Below are positions 1 to 10,385 of a DNA stretch of 64,000 bases, piece by piece (positions within the stretch are counted from its first letter, which is position 1; the number at the start of each line of letters is the position of its first letter). The notes under the pieces were generated by a model. That model was given only the letters and a program-made list of their open reading frames with translations. It was not told the DNA's origin and did no database searches. The translations under genes and the position numbers were made by a program. Origin of the DNA: Methanobacteriota archaeon (GTDB lineage Archaea > Thermoplasmatota > Thermoplasmata > SG8-5 > JAGLSY01); NCBI GenBank assembly GCA_020697715.1, contig JAEHCO010000001.1, positions 192,001 to 256,000 on the forward strand, read 5' to 3'.

Positions 1-33
1 GCGAGTAAACATTACCTATGATCAATATTCGCA

Positions 34-1335
34 TCATGCCACCTCCGAGATAGTGTAACGACGCTTGCCGGATTCTGGCCAGTCTATTTTATCCGGATAT
101 TTTACATCGATATCGATATCATCGCCCAGGTATTCCCTCAAATACTTCAGAAGATACTGGATATCTGTATCTGTGAATTCCGATGTCCTTACTATGTCGA
201 TCTCCAGCTTATCTATCTTTTTCTGGATTATTCTATATTCCTGTATGCCACTCACATCCTTGAAAAGATGAGGGAAGAATTCCCCGGGGAGTCTTTGACC
301 AGAAGGCGTGACTATGAAGTCATGAACTCTTCCATCGATAGAGCTCATCATGGAGAGGGAGCGTCCGCAACCACATTTTTCCATTTTGGGTGTTCCCATA
401 TCACCTATGGAGTATCGCAGCCAAGGCATGACCTGATTGTGCAGGTCTGTGATGATGATATTCCCACTCTCTCCAGGAGATACTGGCTCCCCATCTTTAA
501 GAAACTCAACAATTGAATTCTCATCGGAAATATGATATCCTTGAAGATGCTCACATTCATGGGCGATCAATGATGTCTCACGGCTACCATAGCCATCATA
601 AACCCTGCATCCGAAAGTGTCTTCTATCTTCTTTCGCTGAAAATCATACAGGTTCTCGGCAGTTGTGATGATCGCTTGCGGCTCGATGCCTTTGATATTA
701 TTATCACTGACATATTTTGCGAAAACATACATCGCTCCTGAGAACGATCGTAGGATATTCGGTTTGAATTGAATGATCTGACGAGCATACTGGCTCATGT
801 CCTCATCTGACATCTTGAAGGCATTGAGCATTAGACGACGTAGGAGAGAATGTCGTATCTTCGTACTCATCTTTTCCAGTTGTTCAATTTCGAAACTAGC
901 TCCCCATAGATCTACCATACGATCCCTGAAATTATAATGTGCCCAGTTCCACCCTCGATACCGAGCACCATTGGCCCATGCCCACATTTCCCGCTGGACA
1001 TAAAATTTTAAAGGCTCACCTGTTGAGCCACCTGTTTGGGACGGCATGGCCCTGGATCTCAGGTTCCTGGCTAACATCTTGTCCAAATTCTGACGTAGAT
1101 CATCCTTGGTCATTATAGGCAGTTTATGAAGATCTTCCTTGGTCTTGATATCGTCAGGCTTAAGATCTAGTCGCCTGAACATATCATGATAATATGGCAC
1201 GTTCTCGTAGGAGTTCTTTATCAACGCTCTCAGCTTGAGATTTTGGTATCGTTCGATATCCTCTCTGGGCCAATATTGGCTTTTCATCAAGAAATTATGT
1301 GTCTTGCGGACAGTTAAAGCATCGGAAATGATCAT
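34..1335 (-). CDS. Phenylacetate-CoA ligase-like / CapK-family adenylate-forming enzyme (probably linked to surface polysaccharide)
   Basis: TGGSTGEPL P-loop, YGSRE, LRYSIGD, GRVHD and SGKRR motifs of the ANL superfamily; next to a DUF1616-like gene. Confidence 0.8.
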   Translation of the reverse strand: MIISDALTVRKTHNFLMKSQYWPREDIERYQNLKLRALIKNSYENVPYYHDMFRRLDLKPDDIKTKEDLHKLPIMTKDDLRQNLDKMLARNLRSRAMPSQTGGSTGEPLKFYVQREMWAWANGARYRGWNWAHYNFRDRMVDLWGASFEIEQLEKMSTKIRHSLLRRLMLNAFKMSDEDMSQYARQIIQFKPNILRSFSGAMYVFAKYVSDNNIKGIEPQAIITTAENLYDFQRKKIEDTFGCRVYDGYGSRETSLIAHECEHLQGYHISDENSIVEFLKDGEPVSPGESGNIIITDLHNQVMPWLRYSIGDMGTPKMEKCGCGRSLSMMSSIDGRVHDFIVTPSGQRLPGEFFPHLFKDVSGIQEYRIIQKKIDKLEIDIVRTSEFTDTDIQYLLKYLREYLGDDIDIDVKYPDKIDWPESGKRRYTISEVA

Positions 1336-2243
1336 TTAACGATCACCCACAGATGAACTTCATACTCGGTTTCAACCCCATCTATGTACAATTGCCAGAC
1401 TACCTTATGCTTACCTGGGTCGGGTATGTTGAATGTAATGATATCTTCAAATATCCCATCATGATCCAGTGTTATATCCCTTTCAAAACTATTATCACCT
1501 GTGAAACTAAAAGTTTGATCCCAATTGCTACCATCATTGATAGTGGTTGCATTTTCAATTCCAATAATTACCTTATAATTGACTTCCTCATATTCATGAC
1601 ACCTGATACCAACAATAATTGAGGCTGTGCCATTGGTAGTCATGTTCAATGTATAATTCTCGGCGGTGCCATTTGAGTCCAGTATATATAATTGTGAATA
1701 TCTCTCTCCATCACTTGGTGTCATTAATACATAGGCAAGAACACAGCCAGATAATACTAATACCACAGAAATCATAATAACAAATAATTTCTCGGTCTTA
1801 TCTGATGGTAATAATGTCTGGGGCATTGGTAGAGCTATGTGGTACCTTTCTTGCTCCGTCAGCTGTTGCCGTCGCATGTATGCGAATATTGTTAATATTA
1901 TCTGAATGATAAAAAGGCCTGCTAATGTGGAAGATAGTGTGATCCCATTTGAAGTGAAATTCAATATGAGGCCAATTACCGAAACCACTACTATACTAAG
2001 ACCGAAGCTCAAGGCAATTCTTTCCATATTGCCAATTCCATCTTTACCTGGCCAGAGAATTGCTACGAGAGCGTATCCTGGTATGAACACAAGCAAAAAA
2101 GTCCCAAAGATCACTCTGATAAAATTACCATCAGGCAAAACTATGGCTACAATTACCGCCACAACGGACCACAATAAAAGAAGTATTAGATCCAATGGAT
2201 GTTTTTCACTCTCTACGGTTTCATTTGAATTAGGAGATCTCAT
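1332..2243 (-). CDS. DUF1616-family membrane protein
   Basis: FIPGYAL...ERIALSFGLSI motif, about 5 TM helices, C-terminal domain ending HLWV. Confidence 0.8.
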   Translation of the reverse strand: MRSPNSNETVESEKHPLDLILLLLWSVVAVIVAIVLPDGNFIRVIFGTFLLVFIPGYALVAILWPGKDGIGNMERIALSFGLSIVVVSVIGLILNFTSNGITLSSTLAGLFIIQIILTIFAYMRRQQLTEQERYHIALPMPQTLLPSDKTEKLFVIMISVVLVLSGCVLAYVLMTPSDGERYSQLYILDSNGTAENYTLNMTTNGTASIIVGIRCHEYEEVNYKVIIGIENATTINDGSNWDQTFSFTGDNSFERDITLDHDGIFEDIITFNIPDPGKHKVVWQLYIDGVETEYEVHLWVIVK

Positions 2244-2911
2244 CAGTCATCCCCCCCTAAAACCCCTCTCTTGAGATAATACTTATGACCTATATAGCTC
2301 TCCACAGCCGGATCATGAGATGCGATAATGACAGTGGCACCAAATTCCTTATTGGCCTTTTTGAAGGCTTCCATCACGATATCACAATTATCCATGTCAA
2401 GAGATGCAGTGGGCTCATCTGCAAGTAGGACCGTTGGATTATTGGCCAGAGCTCTGGCAACTGCCACTCTTTGTCTTTCACCACCACTTAATTCATTTGG
2501 ATATTTACTTGAATATTCATACAGGTCGAATGTCTTCAGAAGCTCCCTCACCTTCCAATCACCATCATGCCATTTTGCTATTTTCATTGGCAGTAGGACA
2601 TTCTCAAAGACTGTAAGATCATTTATAAGGTTATGAGCCTGGAAGACAATGCCGATCTTGTGAAGTCTGATACTAGCTAATTCCTTATCAGACAATTCTC
2701 CAGTATTGTATCCATTTAGGAATATTTGACCTCTTGAAGGAGTGTCTATGCAGCCTATCAAGTTAAGTAATGTTGTCTTTCCACTTCCAGACCTACCTTT
2801 GATCAATACCATATCATTTGACTGGATGGTCATATTGATCCCTTTAAGGATCTCTTTACGATCATCATAGGATTTCCATACATCCTTCAGTACTATGTCC
2901 ATTTGCTTCAT
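2243..2911 (-). CDS. ABC transporter ATP-binding protein (LolD/FtsE/MacB-like)
   Basis: GRSGSGKT, LSGGE, LLADEPT, SHD. Confidence 0.9.
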   Translation of the reverse strand: MKQMDIVLKDVWKSYDDRKEILKGINMTIQSNDMVLIKGRSGSGKTTLLNLIGCIDTPSRGQIFLNGYNTGELSDKELASIRLHKIGIVFQAHNLINDLTVFENVLLPMKIAKWHDGDWKVRELLKTFDLYEYSSKYPNELSGGERQRVAVARALANNPTVLLADEPTASLDMDNCDIVMEAFKKANKEFGATVIIASHDPAVESYIGHKYYLKRGVLGGDD

Positions 2912-3001
2912 GATGTGACCTTCAGCTTTCCCTGGAATTATAGGATATAATCCTAATCTGATTTAATATTAAATCCTTTCGGAGTTCTATATTATTGTGG
3001 C

Positions 3002-3706
3002 TCATTCAGATATTACGGGAGTGGTGACAAAGGCATTCTTTCTTCTTATTAGCCTCAGCCAGCTATGTTCATGTTTGGTGCGTCTCATCTTGACACATCG
3101 TATTCGAAGCTGAACATCTGTTTCACCAACGTCATGTAATCGCAGGTAAATGATGCCATCTGCTAGAAAATCCTCATTATTGGCCACCATCAGCTCACTA
3201 CCATGTGTGATCTCCGATATCAGGAACACTGTTGAATCCATTTCTCTTAAAAATCTTATGAAATGAAAGAGATCGACCCTTGGTGAATTGAGCTCGGCCA
3301 AAGAATAAAGAGCTGCTAGAGAATCTACCACGATGAAATCAAAATCCTCCACCTCTGCCCTTTTCTGTATGTATTTACTCAATATACCGAGCCAATTCCG
3401 TCCATGTTCCTCTTCCTGATGACCCATCCTTATCTTTCCCACATCGACCATGTATAATTCCAGGTCGTCCAGACCGGTCATTCCAAGATCCTGCATGGCT
3501 CCTTTAAGACCTTCATACCCTTCTTCGAGAGAAAGATACAGGCCGCGTTTATGTTCTCTCTTCGCATTCTCGTACATTATGCTGAAAGTTAGGGATGTCT
3601 TCATGGTGCCTGGTGTTCCACATATCAATACAACATGCCCTTTGGGAATCCCTCCACCCAGGTTCTCATCGAAGCCCTCAATGTAAGTTTTGATCTTTTC
3701 TACCAT
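3002..3706 (-). CDS. KaiC/RAD55-family RecA-like ATPase
   Basis: GGGIPKG, Walker A variant GTPGTMKT, SLEE, VVDS, ADGIIYL, KMR. Confidence 0.85.
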   Translation of the reverse strand: MVEKIKTYIEGFDENLGGGIPKGHVVLICGTPGTMKTSLTFSIMYENAKREHKRGLYLSLEEGYEGLKGAMQDLGMTGLDDLELYMVDVGKIRMGHQEEEHGRNWLGILSKYIQKRAEVEDFDFIVVDSLAALYSLAELNSPRVDLFHFIRFLREMDSTVFLISEITHGSELMVANNEDFLADGIIYLRLHDVGETDVQLRIRCVKMRRTKHEHSWLRLIRRKNAFVTTPVISE

Positions 3707-3862
3707 GGAATCAACTCAAGTATACTCTATAGTACCCAGATAGCGATAATGGTATTAAAATGTGAAGTATGGATGTACCATACGATTGGAAATATATCCT
3801 TAAGATGTGAACAGGTGAAATGTACACAATAAATTTATACCTATTTTTCATTACTCTGGAAT

Positions 3863-4423
3863 ATGGCTGATAATGACATCTTTCTTCCAAAGAAAATGTT
3901 CCTCACGAAGGGAATAGGTAAGCATAAAGAGAAGCTCAGTAGCTTCGAACTGGCATTGAGAAATGCAGGGATCGAGAAATATAATCTGGTAAGGGTATCA
4001 TCCATTTTCCCACCTGGTTGTAAGATCATTCCAAAATCCAAAGGCCTGGGTATGCTGAAGCCAGGGCAGATCGTGTTCTGCGTAATTGCCGAGAATGCAT
4101 CCAATGAACCGAATCGCCTTATGGCCGCCTCTATTGGTGTCGCGATACCAAAGAATACCGAGCATTATGGATATCTTAGCGAGCATCATTCCTTTGGGCA
4201 GAAGGAGAAGGTCGCGGGGGAGTATGCTGAAGACCTGGCGGCGGAAATGCTTGCCTCCACATACGGTATATCCTTCGATGTCCATGCCAGCTACAATGAG
4301 AAGAAAGATTTCTTCAAGATAGACGGCAGGATAGTCAATACAAGAAATCATACCATATCGGCAGTATGCGATAAGAATGGGTTATGGACGACCGTCATAT
4401 CAGTCGCGGTCCTCGTACTCTAG
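3863..4423 (+). CDS. pdaD: Pyruvoyl-dependent arginine decarboxylase
   Basis: SFELALRNAGIEKYNLVRVSSIFPP containing the Ser-Ser autocleavage site; GYLSEHH. Confidence 0.92.
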   Translation: MADNDIFLPKKMFLTKGIGKHKEKLSSFELALRNAGIEKYNLVRVSSIFPPGCKIIPKSKGLGMLKPGQIVFCVIAENASNEPNRLMAASIGVAIPKNTEHYGYLSEHHSFGQKEKVAGEYAEDLAAEMLASTYGISFDVHASYNEKKDFFKIDGRIVNTRNHTISAVCDKNGLWTTVISVAVLVL

Positions 4424-4469
4424 AATATCTAAGTTATATCAATTTCATAGGGTCGGACTTTGAGATTTT

Positions 4470-5831
4470 TCAACTTCTCAATGTTCGAGTTATCGCAAAT
4501 TCTTTATTTCGCAATGCGACAGGATGATATGGATTGATCTTCAATACTTCTTCATAACACTGTATGGCCTCGTCGAACTTCCCTTCTGATTGAAGAAGAG
4601 CTGCTTTATTAAGCCAGACCCCGATATCCATACTATCGAGCTTCAGGGCCTTATCATAGCATTCCAAGGCATCTTTATTATTGCCAAGTACCCTGTAAGT
4701 GACACCAAGATTGGACCATATACCCGGATCCTTCGGACTTATCTCCAAGGCCTTGCGATACCAAATTATTGCCTCATCGGTCTTGCCCAATGTTCTGAGC
4801 AAAATACCTTTATTGGACATCAGATCTGCATCACTTGGATTAAGTTCAAGTGATTTGTCATAACACAATAAAGCCTCTCCCAGCAATCCAAGACGATGCA
4901 GTGACACGCCCTTATTGAACCAAGCCCAGGAATCATTGGGGTTCTCTTCTAAAGCCATATCAAAACATTCGACAGCCTGTTCGCTTTTGCCCATCTTTTC
5001 CAGAGCGACCCCTCTATTGAACCAAGAATCATCATCTGGCCTTGTATTGAAATCATATGCTGATATTTCATCTTTGGTTAGATCAGACATGTGCTTCTTG
5101 GTCTCAGATGATTTCTTAACAGGGGGTTCCTCGACCTTTGGTGGCTTTTCTGGTTCTTCCTCTATGGCTTCTTCATGTGCAGGCTCTTCAGTATTCTTTG
5201 TCTTGAGCTTTCCGGATATTTTAGCTTCATGCCTTGAAGGAATTACCTTTTCATCTGATTCCAATGATGGTTTCACATGATCTGCTTTGAATTCATAGCC
5301 ACAAATGTCACATGTGTCTACATCTGTGTGCCACATGGCACCGCATTCAGGACATTCTAACTTATTTCCGGTCAACATTATATTTCGCACATCCTTTATC
5401 TGGTCGAACTTTCTGGCCAAAGCACTGGATATCTCCTCATTTATGGAACCTGGATTCAAAGGCACTATGAGGCTGGAACCATTCTTAGCCGCATATTTAC
5501 CTAGATCTGATAGGAACTCTTCCGTAACATCATATCCGTTCTCCAATATTAGATATTCGACCTCGTCTATCATCACAATGCATTCTTTATGGTCCTTCAT
5601 GAACTTCTTCAAGCTCTTTAGAACCTCTCCAGTGAGTACTTTGGGATCTGCGGGGTCTGAAAGCCAAATGAATTCCGCCTTCTTAAGGTTATACTCTTTC
5701 TTCAGCTTGCGCGGAAGTTTGGTGGTCAGGCATATACATGGGATCCCATGTTTATCGAATTCTGCAAAAAGCTCAAAAGTAAAATGTGTTTGTGTTTCAT
5801 ATATCAGATGATTCTTACCTCTTTCTATCAT
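4470..5831 (-). CDS. DUF835 domain + zinc ribbon + TPR protein
   Basis: N-terminal CLTTKLP...IWLSD...IDEVEYLILENGY (DUF835 pattern); CPECG..CDICG; about 5 C-terminal TPRs. Confidence 0.8.
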   Translation of the reverse strand: MIERGKNHLIYETQTHFTFELFAEFDKHGIPCICLTTKLPRKLKKEYNLKKAEFIWLSDPADPKVLTGEVLKSLKKFMKDHKECIVMIDEVEYLILENGYDVTEEFLSDLGKYAAKNGSSLIVPLNPGSINEEISSALARKFDQIKDVRNIMLTGNKLECPECGAMWHTDVDTCDICGYEFKADHVKPSLESDEKVIPSRHEAKISGKLKTKNTEEPAHEEAIEEEPEKPPKVEEPPVKKSSETKKHMSDLTKDEISAYDFNTRPDDDSWFNRGVALEKMGKSEQAVECFDMALEENPNDSWAWFNKGVSLHRLGLLGEALLCYDKSLELNPSDADLMSNKGILLRTLGKTDEAIIWYRKALEISPKDPGIWSNLGVTYRVLGNNKDALECYDKALKLDSMDIGVWLNKAALLQSEGKFDEAIQCYEEVLKINPYHPVALRNKEFAITRTLRS

Positions 5832-5853
5832 TCTACCTTCCCCATATTATGTT

Positions 5854-7662
5854 CTACGTCAATCCTCTCCTTTCCAGTTCTTTCAAAGCAATGTCCCTGT
5901 TCTTGGCTGCAAGCCTTCTCCCAGGGTCTATCTGCATCGCTTTGTCATAACATTCTATTGCTTCCTTCAGGAGACCCATACTACCAAGGACAACACCTTT
6001 ATTGCTCCAGACCCCCGCATCCCTTGGATTGATCTCAATGGCCTTATCATAAGCTTCTATGGCCTCTTTTATCCTTCCTACACTTCTCAGAGCAATACCC
6101 TTATTGCTCCAGATACTTGAATCGCCTGGGTTTACAGCAAGGCCTTTATTGTAAGAGTCAATGGCTTCATCAACACGACCCAATGTCCTCAATGCAATTC
6201 CTCTATTTCCCCACACTTCGCTATCATTTGGATTGATCTGGGTTACAAGGTCATAACATTCAAGAGCCAGTTCTATCCTTCCTAACATCTGAAGGACAAC
6301 ACCTTTATTGAACAAAGATTCGGCATGAGATGGGTCTATGGCCAAGGCGCTGTCATAATATTTTATGGCATCTTCAAACTTCCTCTGCCTTCCAGCAGCG
6401 ATCCCCATATTGAATTTTTCACTGACCTGAGACTTCTCGGTTGGTGAAAGACGTCTTTTAGCAAGCCTTCCTTTGATATGCTTCTCCATTGCATCGTTTA
6501 TGTCCATTGAAAGAGAATCCAAGTTCTTACGGGAACCTCTAAGCTTGCTAACATCTCCATCATAATCACCTAGCACGTTCTTGTACTGGCCTTCTACTCC
6601 ATCAATATTTTTTAGCATTGCTTTCTTTATGTCGCCCATTACCTTGTGCAGGTATTCCTCAGCCTTGCCCGAAAATATCAGAGCGACAGATACGTATTCG
6701 CCGTCTGCAATGATAATTATGTATCCTTTCACATCTATTCTACTAAATTCAGATTTTTCACCTGTCGCGAAGGAATTGTTGATGAAATCCAAAATCGCCT
6801 GTAACATACCTCCTATGAGATCCGGATCTATAAGATCCTGGTCTCTCCAGGTTTTCCTCTGAATGAGGGTGCCAGTGCTCCTGTGAATTAGATATATGTC
6901 CTCTATTTCCAGATCAGGGATGTCATCTTCTATTTCCACTCCCTGGGTAGCTAGTGGATCAGGTGGGGCATCTATTCTCAGATCCTGAGGCGTGGACATT
7001 GCTGGCTGTGATTGCGCAGCTGGCGTGTATGAAGTTGGAGAGGGGGTGTATGATGATGGCTCGGGAGAGGGGGCTGGCGCCGCCTGGGGTTGTGCGGCAA
7101 CAGGCTGGGGGGCCGGCTCCGGCTCTGGTTTGCCCGCGATCTCATTTATCGTTCCAACCATATCAAAGTCCCTGGAAAGGGTTGTGACCGTCTCTTTATT
7201 GAAGGAATTTGGATTTATGGCGATCATGATGGTCCCTCCATTCATGGATGCCAGATCATTAGTACGCTTGATGAATTTCCTTACCTTGTCATATTCATTC
7301 TCCAGAGTCAGATAGGCAAATCCGTCAAGCAGAAGTATGGACTCTTCATGTGCCTTCAAGAATTTATTGATCACTCTTGTTATCTCGAAGTCCAGTCTTG
7401 TAGGGACTAGAGTATCGGGCTCATTGCTGGAATCCGATAGCCAGTATATCTTTGCCTCTTCAGAAAGACCGTATATTTTTTTCAATTTTTTCGGGTAGAG
7501 GGTTGTTATGCATAGACCTGGAACTCCCGATCTGACCACTTCATCAAATAGTCTAAAGGTCTCGTCTGTCTTGTCCTCATAAATAAGATAGTTCAATCCT
7601 GTGTCAATAGCCGTTTGCCTCACCCCTGAGTCTATTATAGGGATGTTATATGGCTTTACCAT
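5854..7662 (-). CDS. DUF835 domain + Pro-rich linker + longin-like domain + TPR protein
   Basis: GLCITTLYP...YWLSD...LLDGFAYLTLENEY; IEDIYLIH...GMLQAILDF domain; about 5 TPRs. Confidence 0.8.
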   Translation of the reverse strand: MVKPYNIPIIDSGVRQTAIDTGLNYLIYEDKTDETFRLFDEVVRSGVPGLCITTLYPKKLKKIYGLSEEAKIYWLSDSSNEPDTLVPTRLDFEITRVINKFLKAHEESILLLDGFAYLTLENEYDKVRKFIKRTNDLASMNGGTIMIAINPNSFNKETVTTLSRDFDMVGTINEIAGKPEPEPAPQPVAAQPQAAPAPSPEPSSYTPSPTSYTPAAQSQPAMSTPQDLRIDAPPDPLATQGVEIEDDIPDLEIEDIYLIHRSTGTLIQRKTWRDQDLIDPDLIGGMLQAILDFINNSFATGEKSEFSRIDVKGYIIIIADGEYVSVALIFSGKAEEYLHKVMGDIKKAMLKNIDGVEGQYKNVLGDYDGDVSKLRGSRKNLDSLSMDINDAMEKHIKGRLAKRRLSPTEKSQVSEKFNMGIAAGRQRKFEDAIKYYDSALAIDPSHAESLFNKGVVLQMLGRIELALECYDLVTQINPNDSEVWGNRGIALRTLGRVDEAIDSYNKGLAVNPGDSSIWSNKGIALRSVGRIKEAIEAYDKAIEINPRDAGVWSNKGVVLGSMGLLKEAIECYDKAMQIDPGRRLAAKNRDIALKELERRGLT

Positions 7663-7832
7663 TAAATACCTTTTTGGAGAATAATGTACTATAAATTATA
7701 ATTTCGATGTTACATGATGTGATCGAGAATTATCATAAATGATTAAAAAATCTTAATTTATGTATGTTATATGCTTCCATCATGGGTAAACAATAAATAA
7801 TACATTGTATAATCAGTAGCCAGGAGCTAAAG

Positions 7833-9146
7833 TTGATAATAATGAACAATCAACCAAAACCTAGAACTAAATACATTGTTGCTACATTGACATTGGTAAC
7901 TTTCATCATTCTAATATCAGGTATATCAAATTCGGCTGTTTCGGCCGAGCAGAGAAGGTCTATAACTTCTCAAGAAAGATATGAGACCTTGCCCTTCAGT
8001 CCTGGTAGTCTGATCATCCCGATGGATGAGAAACAGAATGATAGATTACAGGCCTTTGGCATGCTACACGCGCTCCTAAGAAATGAGACTATTTGTTATA
8101 GGCTCATTGGCCCTCCAACTACTTTCATAAAGACTATGACATATTCAAATGGGAGTAATTATTCTGGCGGCCCTATAATTTTGGTGGAGTATAATATTAC
8201 TTTATTGGCTGGTATCATAACTCAATTCTCCGAGGTCACCATACATGAGGTGTCTGAGACATTCATAGGGCAAAAGGTCTATAAGATCCAGGAACCTACA
8301 AAGATATTGATAATAGGGAGAGAAGGCACTGACTATCAAGAAAGCCTGTCTGCCGAATTATTGAATAATATGAAGATACCGTATAAGGTGAAACAGATCT
8401 GGCACATCTATCCCGATTCAACAGATTTCTTGGACAATGACCTTATAATCATCGAAGATCCCGGCCAGAACGGAGAAATGAGGACTTGGAAGATGGAGAT
8501 GATAAGAACAGCTGTGGCCAGTGGCAGGAACTTTATATTCATTGGCAAGGCCATCAAGGATCTAGTGGACATATTTCCAATGTGTGTGAGCACTTATGCT
8601 GTGAACAGTGAGGTGAATTATCAGGCCACATTTGACAATATCGGTGAATCACCATCTCAGTATCATGGATCTGAGATCATCAATGTGACCACAAGTAAAT
8701 TTATAGCCACAACGCCCGTGAACCCTGATCTGGACCTCAAGCCCATGCTTTATGCAGATGGATATGATGCCCAGATACTATTCGCTTCCTATTTCAGATA
8801 TGGGGATGGTACTGTGGAATTATTCTCATTCGATCCAGAGAAACAGAATGGAGAAATGAGAGAAATGGCTTCCATATTCCTTGGCAATAGGTTCGTGCAA
8901 GCTCCACCAGCTCCATTGAAACCACCAGTTCCTTTGGCACCATCCGCAATGCCTATGCCATCACCGGCCTTACCGCCGCCGCCGCCACCGCCGCCGCCAC
9001 CACCACCAAGCGTGCCAATGGCTACAGCGGCTATCCCCGCACAGTACCTATTCGCAGGATTTGCAGGTCTTGCTTTAGGTGATAGATTGAAGGGCAAGAC
9101 CAAAACAAAAACTGCCGTAAGACAGAAGATCAAGATAAGTACATGA
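7833..9146 (+). CDS. Secreted/membrane-anchored hypothetical protein with polyproline linker
   Basis: N-terminal hydrophobic signal; P12 run; C-terminal hydrophobic segment and Lys-rich tail; true start may be ATG 7842. Confidence 0.7.
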   Translation: MIIMNNQPKPRTKYIVATLTLVTFIILISGISNSAVSAEQRRSITSQERYETLPFSPGSLIIPMDEKQNDRLQAFGMLHALLRNETICYRLIGPPTTFIKTMTYSNGSNYSGGPIILVEYNITLLAGIITQFSEVTIHEVSETFIGQKVYKIQEPTKILIIGREGTDYQESLSAELLNNMKIPYKVKQIWHIYPDSTDFLDNDLIIIEDPGQNGEMRTWKMEMIRTAVASGRNFIFIGKAIKDLVDIFPMCVSTYAVNSEVNYQATFDNIGESPSQYHGSEIINVTTSKFIATTPVNPDLDLKPMLYADGYDAQILFASYFRYGDGTVELFSFDPEKQNGEMREMASIFLGNRFVQAPPAPLKPPVPLAPSAMPMPSPALPPPPPPPPPPPPSVPMATAAIPAQYLFAGFAGLALGDRLKGKTKTKTAVRQKIKIST

Positions 9147-9149
9147 GGG

Positions 9150-10385
9150 TTGAATATGAAAACAATTAGAATGCTAGGATTTGCAATCGTGATATCGCTC
9201 CTATTCACTATGACAATGGACATCGTATGTTGTCAGGATGAAGTAGAAGTTCTGGATGAGGGAACAAGACAGGGATTCATAGGATGGCAACATGTTGATT
9301 TTGATGAGAATTTGGAGGTGGACTATGCACCAATTCACCCCAAACCTACGGATCCAGTTACCATAACCCTCAGATCTCTTGAGCCAGAGGTTACCATAAA
9401 CACGGCTTATATGGATGTCACGGTCACTTATCCTCAAGGTGGTGTCGCCACTGGTGGAAGGACATTCCTGAGGATCAGTGAAACGGAGATGAAGTGCATG
9501 ATAGGCCCATTTGATTACAATGGGACCACGGTGACATTCTTCATCAATGCCTATGATTATAATAATGTCCAGATGCAATCTTCAGTATACACGATCAATG
9601 TGGTGGGAGAAGAGAGAACTGGCGGATGGCAAAGATTGACCTTTGATGGGAATATCAATCTTACACAAACTCCCGTATCTCCAAATGCCAGTGAACCTGT
9701 CAATATAATTGTCGAATCCCGTGATGGAGTTCCTATAGAAGGGGGGAATCTGTATTTCGTCTACAAGCCAATAGATGGCGATATTGAGTCTGGTGGATGG
9801 GCTTTCGATAGAGTGAACATGACGACATTGGAAAGGGAGATACCAGGTAATTTCCACGATGCAGGTGCAAATATATCATACTGGGTGGTCGTATGGGATG
9901 AATACAGTAATCTGACAAAGTCAGAGCCCATGAATTACTCCATACCGGGAGTTGTTATGTTCAATTACCCGTTCATATATACAGTAAGAGAAGATAATGG
10001 AGATATCGACAATTCGAAATGGTATCCGGATATGATAATATTCATGTCCTTTGCCGTGATGGCAATAATGATAGTCCCACTTTACACCTTCATTTACATC
10101 AAAGAGGTGAAGATAAGAAAGAAGAAGGGTGATCTGATCATAAAAGAAAGTGAGAAAGAGATCCTGGGTGGGATGAAAGAAGATGATGATCTGGAAGAAG
10201 ATCATCAAATATTGGATGGAACTACTGATCAATACAATCTGGAAGTTGAAGGAAATGGCGAAGCCATGGACGGAATGATGGAAATTGAAGATACAGTAGA
10301 GATGGAAATAGAGGATCCAGTGGAGGACGAGATACTGGATGAGACTGAGGATCAAAAACCCAAGAAAGGAAGGTGGTTCAAATGA
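9150..10385 (+). CDS. Type I membrane protein with two Ig-like repeats and an acidic cytoplasmic tail
   Basis: Signal peptide; repeated GWQ..xFD.N..P..P modules; one TM near residues 296-318; D/E-rich C-terminus. Confidence 0.7.
   Translation: MNMKTIRMLGFAIVISLLFTMTMDIVCCQDEVEVLDEGTRQGFIGWQHVDFDENLEVDYAPIHPKPTDPVTITLRSLEPEVTINTAYMDVTVTYPQGGVATGGRTFLRISETEMKCMIGPFDYNGTTVTFFINAYDYNNVQMQSSVYTINVVGEERTGGWQRLTFDGNINLTQTPVSPNASEPVNIIVESRDGVPIEGGNLYFVYKPIDGDIESGGWAFDRVNMTTLEREIPGNFHDAGANISYWVVVWDEYSNLTKSEPMNYSIPGVVMFNYPFIYTVREDNGDIDNSKWYPDMIIFMSFAVMAIMIVPLYTFIYIKEVKIRKKKGDLIIKESEKEILGGMKEDDDLEEDHQILDGTTDQYNLEVEGNGEAMDGMMEIEDTVEMEIEDPVEDEILDETEDQKPKKGRWFK

Noticed and set aside
2246-2266. GTCATCCCCCCCTAAAACCCC resembles the 3' flank of element copy B (possible guide target)
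   Set aside because: Short, low-complexity, gapped match that overlaps an SD/stop junction; compatible with chance
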